The translations under genes were made by a program, and so were the position numbers. A DNA stretch of 36,186 nt, from assembly GCA_947624635.1 (NCBI GenBank), contig CANQLF010000065.1:1-36186 (forward strand), given 5' to 3'. A model generated the notes under the pieces. That model did not search any database, was not told where the DNA came from, and saw only the letters and a list, made by a program, of their open reading frames with translations. Origin of the DNA: an uncultured Bacilli bacterium. Its GTDB lineage: Bacteria; Bacillota_I; Bacilli_A; RF39; UBA660. Below, piece by piece: positions 7,522 to 20,084 of the stretch (position 1 is the first letter of the stretch; each line of letters starts with the position of its first letter).

Positions 7522-10041
7522 ATGGCAAACATAGTAGACAGAATATATGAATATTCTCTTGAGGAGATAATGGGACTTAGATTTGGTGCTTATGCAAAAA
7601 CTATAATTCAAGATAGAGCGCTACCAGATGTAAGAGACGGGCTAAAACCGGTACAAAGAAGAATATTATATTCAATGTATAAAGATAAAAATACTTATGA
7701 TAAAGCGTATAAGAAAAGTGCAAAAACAGTTGGTAATGTAATGGGACAATTTCACCCACATGGGGATTCAAGTATATATGATGCAATGGTAAGAATGAGC
7801 CAGTGGTGGAAACAAAATGCAGTATACATAGACATGCATGGTAACAATGGTTCTATGGATGGAGATAGTCCTGCTGCAATGCGTTACACTGAAGCAAGAC
7901 TTGCTAAAATAAGTAATGAATTATTAAAAGATATAGATAAAAACGTAGTAGAGTTTGCTCCTAACTATGATGATACAGAAATGGAACCTACAGTACTTCC
8001 TGCAAAGTTTCCAAACTTGCTAGTAAATGGCGCAAATGGTATTAGTGCAGGATATGCTACTAATATTCCTCCGCACAATTTAAAAGAAATAATAGATGCA
8101 ACTATATATAGAATAGATAATCCAAATTGCAGATTAGATACAATTTTAAATATAGTTAAGGGGCCTGATTTTCCAACTGGAGGTATAGTTGAGGGAATAA
8201 AAGGAATAAAAGAAGCTTTTGAAACTGGTAGAGGTAAAATAGTACTTAAAAGTAATGCCAAAATAGTTAAAGACCAAATTATAATGACTGAAATTCCATT
8301 CGAAGTTAATAAAGCAGCTTTAGTAAGAAAAATAGATGAAATAAGAGTAGATAAAAAAATAGATGGAATACTAGAAGTAAGAGATGAAACAGATAGACAA
8401 GGTGTTAGAATAGTAGTTGATTTAAAGAAAAGTGCTAACAAAGAACTTATTTTAAATTATTTACTTAAAAACACTGAAATGCAAATAACTTATAATTATA
8501 ATATGGTTGCGATAGTAAACCGTAGACCTAGACAACTTGGAATAGTAAAAATATTAGATGCATATATCGCTCATGAAAAAGAAGTGGTAGAAAGAAGAAG
8601 TAGATTTGATCTTGAACATGCTAAGACTAGATTACATATAGTAGAAGGTTTCTTAAAAATGATTTCTATATTAGATCAAGTAATAGAAACAATTAGAAAA
8701 AGTAAAAATAGAGCTGATGCTGAAAATAATTTAGTTATAAAATTTGGTTTTTCAGAAGCTCAAGCTAAAGCTATAGTTGTATTGCAACTTTATAGACTTA
8801 CAAATACAGATATTGTAGAGTTAGAAGAAGAACAAAAGAATTTAAAACTAATTATAAATGCATTAGAAGCAATTCTAAGTGATGAATCAAAATTATTTGA
8901 TGTAATTAAAACAGAACTTAGAAATATTAAAAAAGAGTATGGAGTAGATAGAAAAACACAAATTAAAGATGAAGTAACTGAAATAAAAATAGATACAACA
9001 TCCCTTATACCTAAAGAAGATGTAATTGTAGTAGTTACAAAAGAAGGATATGTTAAAAAAGTTTCTAAGAAAAGTTATGCTGCAGCTAGTACAGAAGAAA
9101 CTGCTCTTAAAAAAGGTGATTATGTAATTGGACTATATGAAATGAATACATTAGATGTACTACTATTATTTACTGATCTAGGTAATTACCTACATATTCC
9201 AGTACATGAAATACCAGATGTTAAGTGGAAGGAATTAGGTAAACACGTAAGCAATATAATAGGTATAAAATCAGATGAAAATATAGTATCAAGTATACCT
9301 GCATATAATTTTAAAACAGATAAATGTATAACTATATTTACTAAAAATGGTATGGTAAAAAGAAGTAAAATATCAGATTATCAAGTTCAAAGATATTCTA
9401 AACCAATATCTACTATCAAACTTAAAAATGATGATTTAGTTATTAACGCAATAGTTAGCGATGAAGATGAAGATGTTATGATAGTAACAGATAATGGATA
9501 TGGCTTATGGTATGAAATAGATAGTATTCCAGTTGTTGGTGTTAAAGCATCTGGAGTAAAATCAATTGGACTTAAAGGTGGACATGTAGTAAGTGGTAAT
9601 ACATTTAAAAATATGGAATATCTAACAATTATAACTAATAAAGGTAATGGTAAAAGAATTAAATTATCAGATCTAGAAAAAGGTAGACGTGCGTCTCGTG
9701 GATTATTAGTTATAAAAGTAGTTAAATCTAATCCACAAAAAATAATAAATGCATTCATACTTGATAGTAAATGTCATATTGGACTAAAACGAGATGAAGA
9801 TATTAAAGAAATTAAACTTACTGAAATACCTATTATGGAAAGATACAGTGTAGGTTCAGTAATAAATAAAAATGGATTTGACGCATCATATGAAGTAAAA
9901 GAAATGTCTAATAAAAATGACATAATGGTATCTATTCCAAGTGATAAAAAAGAAGGGAAAAAAGATGAACAATTATCACTTAAAGAAGTAGACGATAAAA
10001 TGGAAGAAGTAGATGAAATATTAGATGATTTTGATATATAA
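7522..10041 (+). CDS. parC: DNA topoisomerase IV subunit A
   Basis: RALPDVRDGLKPVQRRILYSMY, KKSAKTVGNVMGQFHPHGDSSIYDAMVRMSQWWK (ParC-type rather than GyrA-type wording), active-site AAMRYTEARL. No QRRGGKG GyrA box at the start of the C-terminal domain. Start at ATG 7522 behind AGGTGA. Confidence 0.82.
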   Translation: MANIVDRIYEYSLEEIMGLRFGAYAKTIIQDRALPDVRDGLKPVQRRILYSMYKDKNTYDKAYKKSAKTVGNVMGQFHPHGDSSIYDAMVRMSQWWKQNAVYIDMHGNNGSMDGDSPAAMRYTEARLAKISNELLKDIDKNVVEFAPNYDDTEMEPTVLPAKFPNLLVNGANGISAGYATNIPPHNLKEIIDATIYRIDNPNCRLDTILNIVKGPDFPTGGIVEGIKGIKEAFETGRGKIVLKSNAKIVKDQIIMTEIPFEVNKAALVRKIDEIRVDKKIDGILEVRDETDRQGVRIVVDLKKSANKELILNYLLKNTEMQITYNYNMVAIVNRRPRQLGIVKILDAYIAHEKEVVERRSRFDLEHAKTRLHIVEGFLKMISILDQVIETIRKSKNRADAENNLVIKFGFSEAQAKAIVVLQLYRLTNTDIVELEEEQKNLKLIINALEAILSDESKLFDVIKTELRNIKKEYGVDRKTQIKDEVTEIKIDTTSLIPKEDVIVVVTKEGYVKKVSKKSYAAASTEETALKKGDYVIGLYEMNTLDVLLLFTDLGNYLHIPVHEIPDVKWKELGKHVSNIIGIKSDENIVSSIPAYNFKTDKCITIFTKNGMVKRSKISDYQVQRYSKPISTIKLKNDDLVINAIVSDEDEDVMIVTDNGYGLWYEIDSIPVVGVKASGVKSIGLKGGHVVSGNTFKNMEYLTIITNKGNGKRIKLSDLEKGRRASRGLLVIKVVKSNPQKIINAFILDSKCHIGLKRDEDIKEIKLTEIPIMERYSVGSVINKNGFDASYEVKEMSNKNDIMVSIPSDKKEGKKDEQLSLKEVDDKMEEVDEILDDFDI

Positions 10042-10056
10042 GAAAGGAAGAGAAAA

Positions 10057-10503
10057 ATGAGTTTAAGAGAACAAATATTAAATGATATTAAAGAATCTAT
10101 GAAAAATCAAGATAAAGAAACACTTAGTGTAGTAAGAATGGTAAAAGGGGCAATTCAATTAGAAGAAATCGATAAAAAAAGAGAATTAACCGATGATGAA
10201 GTAGTAGGTGTAATTAGTAAACAAATAAAACAAAGAAAAGATGCTAATAGTGAATTTGAAAAAGGAAATAGACAAGATTTAATCGAAAAAAATAATTCTG
10301 AAATATCTATACTTAATAGATATATGCCAGAACAATTAGATAGCAGTGAAGTAGAAAAAATAATTGATGATAAAATGAGAGAACTTGGAATATCTGATCC
10401 AAAAGGGATGGGAATTTTAATGAAAGAATTAAATTCAATGCTTAAAGGTAAGGCAGATATGTCAATGGTTAGTAATATTGCAAGGGAAAAACTAGGAAAA
10501 TAA
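10057..10503 (+). CDS. yqeY: GatB/YqeY-domain protein
   Basis: 148 aa. MSLREQILNDIKESMKNQDKETLSVVRMVKGAIQ...ISKQIKQRKD is the typical YqeY N-terminus. Confidence 0.82.
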   Translation: MSLREQILNDIKESMKNQDKETLSVVRMVKGAIQLEEIDKKRELTDDEVVGVISKQIKQRKDANSEFEKGNRQDLIEKNNSEISILNRYMPEQLDSSEVEKIIDDKMRELGISDPKGMGILMKELNSMLKGKADMSMVSNIAREKLGK

Positions 10504-10549
10504 TTTATACGTTTTTCCTTTTGCTTTTAAAAAGTGAAGCGGTGGTAAT

Positions 10550-11416
10550 ATGTCGAAAATATCTTTGATGATTAATAATATTAATGAATTAAAATTAGAT
10601 GTTGAATCTATTATAATTGGTATTAAAAAATTTAATAATTTAAATATGCTAGAACTTACAATAGATCAATTAAAAAAAATAAATATAGATAAAGAAATAT
10701 TTGTAAGTATTAATAAACCTATACATGATAGTGAAATAGAAGAATTAACTGATATATTATTATCACTAGATAATATTAATATATCTGGTGTGCTATTTGA
10801 TGATATTTCAGTATATCAAATATGTAAAGAAAAAAAATTAAATTTAAATTTAATATGGTCTAATATTCATCAAACTACTAATTATAATTCGATAAATGTA
10901 TGGAATAAATTAGGAGTCAAAAGTGTATTTATATCTCCTGATATAACATTAAAAGAAATTATCGATATTAAAAATAATAGTAAAAGTAGTGTTTTTGTGC
11001 CAATATATGGCATGTTTGATATATTTACATCTAATAGATTTTTAATTTCAAATTATTTAAAATATATACATGAAAGTAAAAGAAATACTAAATATTATAT
11101 TGAAAATAATAATATAAAATATCCTATATATGAAAATGAAAATGGTACACATATTATAAATGGAAATGTTTTAAATGGTTTAGATGAAGTTATAGAATTA
11201 TTTGATAATAATATAGACTACTTGGTAATTAATTCATATATGATAGATAATATAGATAAAGTTATTGATAATTTTAATAGTGTTAAAAAAATGTATTTAA
11301 ATAAAAATATAGATAAAGATAAAATAAATAAATTAAGTACAGAATTAAATAGTAGTAACAAAGGATTTTTATATAAGGAAACAATATACAAAGTAAAGAG
11401 TGATGAAAATGAATGA
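10550..11416 (+). CDS. U32-family protein lacking the Cys signature (YrrN-like)
   Basis: 288 aa, collinear with U32 TIM-barrel proteins but without the E-x-F-x-x-G-x-x-C..G-x-C motif. Overlaps the next U32 gene, as in the Bacillus yrrN-yrrO pair. Confidence 0.62.
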   Translation: MSKISLMINNINELKLDVESIIIGIKKFNNLNMLELTIDQLKKINIDKEIFVSINKPIHDSEIEELTDILLSLDNINISGVLFDDISVYQICKEKKLNLNLIWSNIHQTTNYNSINVWNKLGVKSVFISPDITLKEIIDIKNNSKSSVFVPIYGMFDIFTSNRFLISNYLKYIHESKRNTKYYIENNNIKYPIYENENGTHIINGNVLNGLDEVIELFDNNIDYLVINSYMIDNIDKVIDNFNSVKKMYLNKNIDKDKINKLSTELNSSNKGFLYKETIYKVKSDENE

Positions 11417-12608
11417 AATTGAATTATTAGCTCCTGCAGGTGATTTGGAACGTTTAAAGTGGGCACTACTATATGGTGCAGATGCGGTATATATTGGTGG
11501 TAGAGATTTTAGCTTAAGAGCTAATGCAACTAATTTTAGTATTGATGAAATAGAAGAAGCTGTAAAATTTGCTCATAACTTAAAGAAAAAAGTGTATGTA
11601 ACTGTAAATATAGTTTTTCATAATAATGATTATTCTGGATTGGAAAATTATATTAAAGCTTTAGAAAAATGCAAAGTAGATGCAGTAATTGTATCAGATA
11701 TTGGAGCGATAGATATAATTAAAAAAATAAGTCCAAAAATGGAATTACATATATCGACACAAAGTTCTACAATGAATTATAAAACTGCATTATTTTATAA
11801 AAAATTGGGTGTTAAGAGAATTGTACTTGCTAGAGAATGTAATAAAAATGAAATAAAAAATATTATAGATAAAGCTAAAATAGACACAGAATGTTTTATA
11901 CATGGAGCAATGTGTGTAGGTGTATCTGGAAAATGTGTTTTATCTAACTATATGACTAATAGAGATTCAAATAGAGGTGGATGTAGTCAAATATGTAGAT
12001 GGGATTTTGATCTGTATGCTAATGATGAAAAATTAGAAAACGAAACAAAATTTACAATGTGCTCTAAGGATTTATCAATGGCCAGATATATAAAAGATAT
12101 GATAGATATAGGAGTTAAGTCTTTTAAAATAGAAGGAAGAATGAGAAGCATATATTATATTGCAACAGTAGTTCATACTTATAGAAAAATAATCGATGAA
12201 GTATTAAGTAGTAAAGGCAATTATAAATTTAATAAAAATTATGAAACGATATTAAATAGAGTTGCCAATAGAGAAAGTGTTCCACAATTTTTTGATAAAT
12301 CACCTGGAGTAGAAGAACAATACTATTTAGGTAGACAAGAATTATCTAATCAAGATTTTTTAGGAATAGTTTTAGATTATGATGAAAAAAAAGATATTGC
12401 AATAATAGAACAAAGGAATTATTTTAAAATTGGTGATGAAGTAGAAATATTCGGTCCCAATAAAGAAACTATTAGTTTTAAAATAAATAGTATTATAGAT
12501 GAAGATAACAACATTATAGATGTTGCAAGACATCCAAGACAAATAGTAAAAATTAATGTTCCTGTAAAAGTATGCAAAAATGATATTATGAGGATTAAAA
12601 TTTTTTAA
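11409..12608 (+). CDS. U32-family peptidase-like protein (YrrO/YegQ-like)
   Basis: ELLAPAGDLERLKWALLYGADAVYIGG at the N-terminus and the U32 signature ECFIHGAMCVGVSGKCVLS. Start at ATG 11409 with AAGAG 8 nt upstream. Confidence 0.85.
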   Translation: MNEIELLAPAGDLERLKWALLYGADAVYIGGRDFSLRANATNFSIDEIEEAVKFAHNLKKKVYVTVNIVFHNNDYSGLENYIKALEKCKVDAVIVSDIGAIDIIKKISPKMELHISTQSSTMNYKTALFYKKLGVKRIVLARECNKNEIKNIIDKAKIDTECFIHGAMCVGVSGKCVLSNYMTNRDSNRGGCSQICRWDFDLYANDEKLENETKFTMCSKDLSMARYIKDMIDIGVKSFKIEGRMRSIYYIATVVHTYRKIIDEVLSSKGNYKFNKNYETILNRVANRESVPQFFDKSPGVEEQYYLGRQELSNQDFLGIVLDYDEKKDIAIIEQRNYFKIGDEVEIFGPNKETISFKINSIIDEDNNIIDVARHPRQIVKINVPVKVCKNDIMRIKIF

Positions 12609-12632
12609 TCTTTTTTAATTTTATTTTGTTTG

Positions 12633-12659
12633 TTCGCACTCATATATTGACATTGCTAA
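12633..12659 (+). promoter_or_regulatory. Degenerate CIRCE-like inverted repeat overlapping the -35 box
   Basis: TTcGCACTC-N9-cAtTGCTAA, 15 of 18 positions of the CIRCE consensus TTAGCACTC-N9-GAGTGCTAA. Confidence 0.45.
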
Positions 12660-12675
12660 AACATAGTATTATAAT
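12647..12675 (+). promoter_or_regulatory. Consensus sigma-A promoter of the hrcA operon
   Basis: TTGACA (12647-12652), exactly 17 nt, TATAAT (12670-12675). Confidence 0.75.
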
Positions 12676-12679
12676 ATAG

Positions 12680-12706
12680 TTGTCACTCGAAAGTTTAGAG
12701 TGCTAG
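12680..12706 (+). promoter_or_regulatory. CIRCE operator (HrcA binding site)
   Basis: TTgtCACTC-N9-GAGTGCTAg, 15 of 18 consensus positions, lying between the -10 box and the hrcA SD, the canonical location. Confidence 0.82.
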
Positions 12707-12716
12707 AGGTGATGAA

Positions 12717-13706
12717 ATGTTAGGAGAAAGATTAGAACAAGTATTAAAATTAATAGTAGAAGAATATATTAAAAATGCTAAACCTGTTGGATCATCTTCT
12801 ATATGTGATGTTTTAAATTGTTCTAGTGCGACTGTTAGAAATGATATGGCTGAATTAGAAAGTTTCGGATTATTAGAAAAAACACATATATCATCTGGTA
12901 GAGTACCAAGTGAAAAAGGATACAGATATTATGTAGATAATTTAATGGAACCAAAAGATATGACTGGTGAAGAAATGCTAAAGCTTCAACAAATATTCCA
13001 TAATAATTCGCTGCAAATATCTGATGTAATAAATAAAAGTTTAGAGATAATTAGTGAAATGACAAATTATACTTCAGTAATACTTGGTAATGCGTCAAAA
13101 GAAAACAAATTAAAACAAGTAGAAGTGTTACCATTAGAAAACAACAATTTAATTGCTATAGTAATTACCGATAAAGGACATGTCGAACACAAAAATTTAT
13201 TTATTGATGCATCTATTTCATTAGATGAAGTAAAAAGAACAACAGATCTTATTAATAAACTATTAATTGATACTCCAATTGATGAAGTCAGTGAAAAATT
13301 AGAGTTCGAAATAAAGCCAATCATTGGAAAATATGTTAGACAGCATGAAGCTTTATACAATGCCTTCTATAATGTATTTAACGATTTTGCAAATAGAAAT
13401 AGTATGCATTTTGTAGGTAAAACAAATATACTTAATGAACCAGAGTTTAATAATGCAGAAAAAATTAAATCATTGATAAGTAAATTTGAAGATAGTAATA
13501 TTGTTAATTCTATCGAAGAAAAAGAAGATGGAATACATGTCTATATAGGTTCAGAAAATAGCCTAGATGATGATGTAACTATCATTAAAACAAGATATAA
13601 AATCGATGGTGAAGAAGGCACTATTGCAATAGTCGGACCTAAAAGAATGCAATATGATAAAGTTGTAAGTTTATTGGAATTTTTAAATACCAATATAGAT
13701 AAATAG
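12717..13706 (+). CDS. hrcA: Heat-inducible transcription repressor HrcA
   Basis: N-terminal winged helix (ERLEQVLKLIVEEYIKNAKPVGSSSI...SSATVRNDMAELESFGLLEKTHISSGRVPSEKGYRYYVD), C-terminal IAIVGPKRMQYDKV. First gene of the hrcA-grpE-dnaK cluster behind CIRCE. Confidence 0.93.
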   Translation: MLGERLEQVLKLIVEEYIKNAKPVGSSSICDVLNCSSATVRNDMAELESFGLLEKTHISSGRVPSEKGYRYYVDNLMEPKDMTGEEMLKLQQIFHNNSLQISDVINKSLEIISEMTNYTSVILGNASKENKLKQVEVLPLENNNLIAIVITDKGHVEHKNLFIDASISLDEVKRTTDLINKLLIDTPIDEVSEKLEFEIKPIIGKYVRQHEALYNAFYNVFNDFANRNSMHFVGKTNILNEPEFNNAEKIKSLISKFEDSNIVNSIEEKEDGIHVYIGSENSLDDDVTIIKTRYKIDGEEGTIAIVGPKRMQYDKVVSLLEFLNTNIDK

Positions 13707-13716
13707 AGGTGATGAA

Positions 13717-16141
<2,425 letters not shown>

Positions 16142-16158
16142 TAATTTTTAACCAAAGA

Positions 16159-16183
16159 AAAGTTCTAGTTTTTCTAGAACTTT
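16159..16183 (+). terminator. Intra-operon hairpin after dnaK (weak terminator or stabiliser)
   Basis: aaagttctag (16159-16168), loop ttttt, ctagaacttt (16174-16183). There is no separate U tract after the stem, so termination is probably partial. Confidence 0.4.
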
Positions 16184-16212
16184 CTATTGGTTATATTTAA
16201 GGAGAATAATAT

Positions 16213-18009
16213 ATGGATAATATAAAATTAAGAAATGAAATAGATGATAAATATAAATGGGATTTAAGTAAATTAGAAAATATTTTAAATGATAATGCCT
16301 TTGAAAAAATTAATAATTTAACAGATAAATTATTAGAATTAAAAGGTAAAATAACATTAAATAGTGATAATTTATTTAATGCATTAGAACTAAATGTAAA
16401 TATAAATAGACAACTTATAAATATATATGTATATTCACAAATGAAATATCATGAAGATACTAGTGATGATAAAGGACAAGAACAAAAAAATAAAATAGAA
16501 AAATTTTATTCTGAAACAAGTGAAAAAATAGCTTTTTTTGATTCAGAATTATTAAGTGTTGATTATGATAAAATATTAGAGTTTATTAAAGAAAATGATA
16601 AATTAAAAAAATATAGTTTTTATCTAGAAAATATGTTTAGATATAAACTACACACATTAAGTGAAAAAGAAGAAAAAATATTAAAAGCTCTAAGTCCTGT
16701 GTTGGAGTCTTCTGAAGAAGTATTTTCATATTTAACTGATACTGATATGGAGTTTGATAAAATAAAAGATAGCGATGGTAAAAGAAAACCATTTAGTGAA
16801 GCAGAATATAGAAAATATATTGAATCAAAAGATAGAAGAGTAAGAAGTGATGCATTTAAATTACTTTTTAATGAATACAAAAAATATAAAAATACCATTG
16901 CGTCAACATATATAAATAATGTTAGAAAAACAAATATATTATCTAGAATAAGGGGTTATAATTCATCATTAGAACAAAGTTTATTTAATGATAATGTCGA
17001 TGTAGAAGTATATAAAAATTTAATATCCGCAGTACATGATCATTTACCAAAATTTTATGAATATATGAATTTAAAAAAAGAATTATTAGATATAGATGAT
17101 ATACACTTATATGATAACTATGTCTCAACAATAGAAGTACCTGAAACTAATTATTCGTTTGAAAAATGTAAAGATATTGTAATGGATGCTTTAAAAATAA
17201 TGGGTGATGAATACCTTGATGTTGCTAAAAAAGCATTTGTAGAAAACTGGATAGATGTATATCCAAATAAATATAAAAGAAGTGGAGCATATAGTTTTGG
17301 TACATATGATTCTAATCCAAATATATTATTAAATTATACTAATAAATTAGATGATGTTAATACTACTATTCATGAATTAGGACATAGTGTACACTCTTAT
17401 TTTTCAAATAAAAATCAAGATTATATATATTCAAATTATCCAATTATTCTTGCAGAGATTGCATCTACTGTAAATGAAATGATTTTAGCTGATTACTTAC
17501 TTAAAAATAGTAAAGATGAAAATGAAAAGAAATATATTATTAATATGATATTAGATAAATTTAAAAGTACGATATTTAGACAAACAATGTTTGCAGAATT
17601 TGAACTTATAGTTCATGAAAAAGATGAAAATAATGAAACATTAACAGAAAAAGTACTTAGTAATACATATTATGAATTAAATAAAAAATACTTTGGAAGT
17701 GATGTAGTAATTGATGATTTAATAAGATATGAATGGGAAAGAATACCACATTTTTATAGTGATTATTATGTTTACAAATATGCGACAGGTATGTCTGTTG
17801 CGATAGCAATATCAAATGATATTATAAATGGAAAAGATTATGCACTTGATAATTATATAAAATTTTTATCAAGCGGCTCTAAAGATTATCCATTAGAAAT
17901 ATTAAAAGAATGTGGTTATGATTTATCTAAAAAAGATATTATAGAAAATGCTCTATCAACATTTGATAATATGGTAGATAAATTTAAAAAGTTAGTTGAA
18001 ACAAAGTAA
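16213..18009 (+). CDS. pepF: Oligoendopeptidase F (M3B metallopeptidase)
   Basis: 598 aa with the zinc motif [13 protein letters not shown], a downstream [10 protein letters not shown] Glu ligand region, and the typical N-terminus (R.EI...KWDL..L). Confidence 0.88.
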   Translation: MDNIKLRNEIDDKYKWDLSKLENILNDNAFEKINNLTDKLLELKGKITLNSDNLFNALELNVNINRQLINIYVYSQMKYHEDTSDDKGQEQKNKIEKFYSETSEKIAFFDSELLSVDYDKILEFIKENDKLKKYSFYLENMFRYKLHTLSEKEEKILKALSPVLESSEEVFSYLTDTDMEFDKIKDSDGKRKPFSEAEYRKYIESKDRRVRSDAFKLLFNEYKKYKNTIASTYINNVRKTNILSRIRGYNSSLEQSLFNDNVDVEVYKNLISAVHDHLPKFYEYMNLKKELLDIDDIHLYDNYVSTIEVPETNYSFEKCKDIVMDALKIMGDEYLDVAKKAFVENWIDVYPNKYKRSGAYSFGTYDSNPNILLNYTNKLDDVNTTIHELGHSVHSYFSNKNQDYIYSNYPIILAEIASTVNEMILADYLLKNSKDENEKKYIINMILDKFKSTIFRQTMFAEFELIVHEKDENNETLTEKVLSNTYYELNKKYFGSDVVIDDLIRYEWERIPHFYSDYYVYKYATGMSVAIAISNDIINGKDYALDNYIKFLSSGSKDYPLEILKECGYDLSKKDIIENALSTFDNMVDKFKKLVETK

Positions 18010-18022
18010 AGGAGGTAACAAC

Positions 18023-19159
18023 ATGAATAAACGAGATTATTATGAAGTCTTAGGTGTAGATAAAAACGCATCTGATGATGAGATAAAAAGTGCATTTAGA
18101 CGTCTTGCTAAAAAATATCACCCAGATGTTTCTAAAGAACCTGATGCTGCAGAAAAGTTTAAAGAAGCACAAGAAGCTTATGCAGTATTATCAGATCCAA
18201 ATAGAAGAAAACAATATGATCAATTTGGTCATGCAGCATTTAATGGTGGTGCATCATCTGGTGGATTTAACGGTGCGGGATTTGATTTTTCTGACTTTGA
18301 CTTCTCAGATATATTTGGAGATATATTCGGTGGTGGATTTGGATTTAATTTCGGTGGCTTTGGTGGAGGTAGTAGAAGAAACAGGGCTACTAAAGGTAGA
18401 GACCATGTTATAGGGATGAATCTTACATTTGATGAAGCAGTATATGGAACAACTAAAACCATCAAACTAGATTTAATGGACACATGTGATGAATGTGATG
18501 GTAAAGGTGGCAAGGGTGAAGAAAAATGTAGTAGATGTCATGGTAGTGGTACAATAGAAGCAGAACAACATACTATACTTGGAACATATATTACTAAAAC
18601 CACTTGTCCAGAATGTAGTGGTAAAGGTGTAACTTATAAAGACACATGTTCTAAATGTAGAGGAAAAGGACAAATTAAGAAGACTAAAGAATATGATGTT
18701 AAAATACCTGCAGGAGTTGATACGGGTAATCAACTTAGAATGTTTGGTAAAGGTGAAGCCGGATTAAACGGTGGACCTAATGGCGATATATATATAGAGT
18801 TTAATGTATCAAATCACCCATTATTTAAAAGGGATGAAGATGATATATATCTAGAAGTGCCAGTTACTATAACTGAAGCTATACTAGGAACTAAAAAAGA
18901 AGTACCAACATTATATGGTAATGTTAATCTAGTAATACCTGCAGGAAGTCAAAGCGAAGATAAACATAGATTAAAAGGTAAGGGAGTAGAAAACACATCT
19001 ACTAGAAGAAAAGGAGATATGTATGTTATTTTAAAAGTCATAACTCCAACTAAATTATCAAGAGAACAAAAGAAACTACTTGAAAGTTTAAATAAAACAG
19101 ATTTAGATAATTCTATAGAATTTAAAAAATATAATGAATATTTAAGGAAAAATAAATAA
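18023..19159 (+). CDS. dnaJ: Co-chaperone DnaJ
   Basis: J domain ([31 protein letters not shown]), G/F-rich region, four CxxCxGxG zinc-finger repeats ([32 protein letters not shown]). Start at ATG 18023 behind AAAGGAGG. Confidence 0.95.
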   Translation: MNKRDYYEVLGVDKNASDDEIKSAFRRLAKKYHPDVSKEPDAAEKFKEAQEAYAVLSDPNRRKQYDQFGHAAFNGGASSGGFNGAGFDFSDFDFSDIFGDIFGGGFGFNFGGFGGGSRRNRATKGRDHVIGMNLTFDEAVYGTTKTIKLDLMDTCDECDGKGGKGEEKCSRCHGSGTIEAEQHTILGTYITKTTCPECSGKGVTYKDTCSKCRGKGQIKKTKEYDVKIPAGVDTGNQLRMFGKGEAGLNGGPNGDIYIEFNVSNHPLFKRDEDDIYLEVPVTITEAILGTKKEVPTLYGNVNLVIPAGSQSEDKHRLKGKGVENTSTRRKGDMYVILKVITPTKLSREQKKLLESLNKTDLDNSIEFKKYNEYLRKNK

Positions 19160-19179
19160 TTTGAATGGGGGAATAAAAT

Positions 19180-20001
19180 ATGTATAAAAAATTAAATATT
19201 AATAAATTAAAAAAAGTTGGTACTATAATTTTTGTTGGTGCATCTATTTTAACTACAAAAAATGTTTTAGCTGATAATTTAACCGATAATATATCATCAT
19301 ATCATGAAATTGATTCTAATATAGATGAAAATAATTATGTAAAAGATGATGACAGCTATTATGCTATTAAAACTAATGGTAAATCTTTAGAAGAATTATT
19401 TGAAATAAAAGCTAAATTTTTACTAGGCGAAGAACATTATGAAAAAGGATATAAAAATGAAGATAATATGATTACATTCAGTAAAAAAATTGATGAAATG
19501 TATGGAGAAGGAGCAACTTCTAAATTAAAAGAATTTGAATATAGGTGCAAAAATTTAGATGATATGACATTATCTATAGAATATGGAAATTTAGGGTTGT
19601 CATGTAATTATGAAAAAAGACAAATATCTATTTTTCCAGATAGTGAATATAGGGAATATAAAGAAAATTTAATATCATATCAAGAAATAAAAATGAAAGC
19701 TATTACTAATGTAATTAATAATAAGAAAAGTGACTATCAAACTTTATATGAAATGAACGAATTTTTTAGCGCTTGCTTAGGTAATGCATCAAATTATGGA
19801 AATATAAATTCATTTAATAAAGTTTGGGGACAATACAAAACAAAAATAATTGATCCAGTTGTTGCACTTGTAGAAACTAACGGAAAAATAGTAGAGTATT
19901 CTGCAATGAATGCAGGAAAATATTCAATATATAATAAAATAGAAAACAATCCATATACATATAACTTAATAGAAGAAAAAAATAAATTATACATTAAATA
20001 G
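19180..20001 (+). CDS. Secreted protein of unknown function
   Basis: 273 aa with a signal-peptide-like N-terminus (KKLKKVGTIIFVGASILTTKNVLA/DN) and a GGGGGA SD. I recognise no family motif. Confidence 0.65.
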   Translation: MYKKLNINKLKKVGTIIFVGASILTTKNVLADNLTDNISSYHEIDSNIDENNYVKDDDSYYAIKTNGKSLEELFEIKAKFLLGEEHYEKGYKNEDNMITFSKKIDEMYGEGATSKLKEFEYRCKNLDDMTLSIEYGNLGLSCNYEKRQISIFPDSEYREYKENLISYQEIKMKAITNVINNKKSDYQTLYEMNEFFSACLGNASNYGNINSFNKVWGQYKTKIIDPVVALVETNGKIVEYSAMNAGKYSIYNKIENNPYTYNLIEEKNKLYIK

Positions 20002-20004
20002 TTA

Positions 20005-20048
20005 AAAAAATTTGTAAAAATCAATACAGATTGATTTACAAATTTTTT
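20005..20048 (+). terminator. Rho-independent terminator
   Basis: aaaaaatttgtaaaaatcaat pairs with attgatttacaaatttttt (2-nt bulge) and ends in a T run. Confidence 0.6.
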
Positions 20049-20084
20049 CTATTATACACTTTACGTAAAATGACAAGAAAAATA

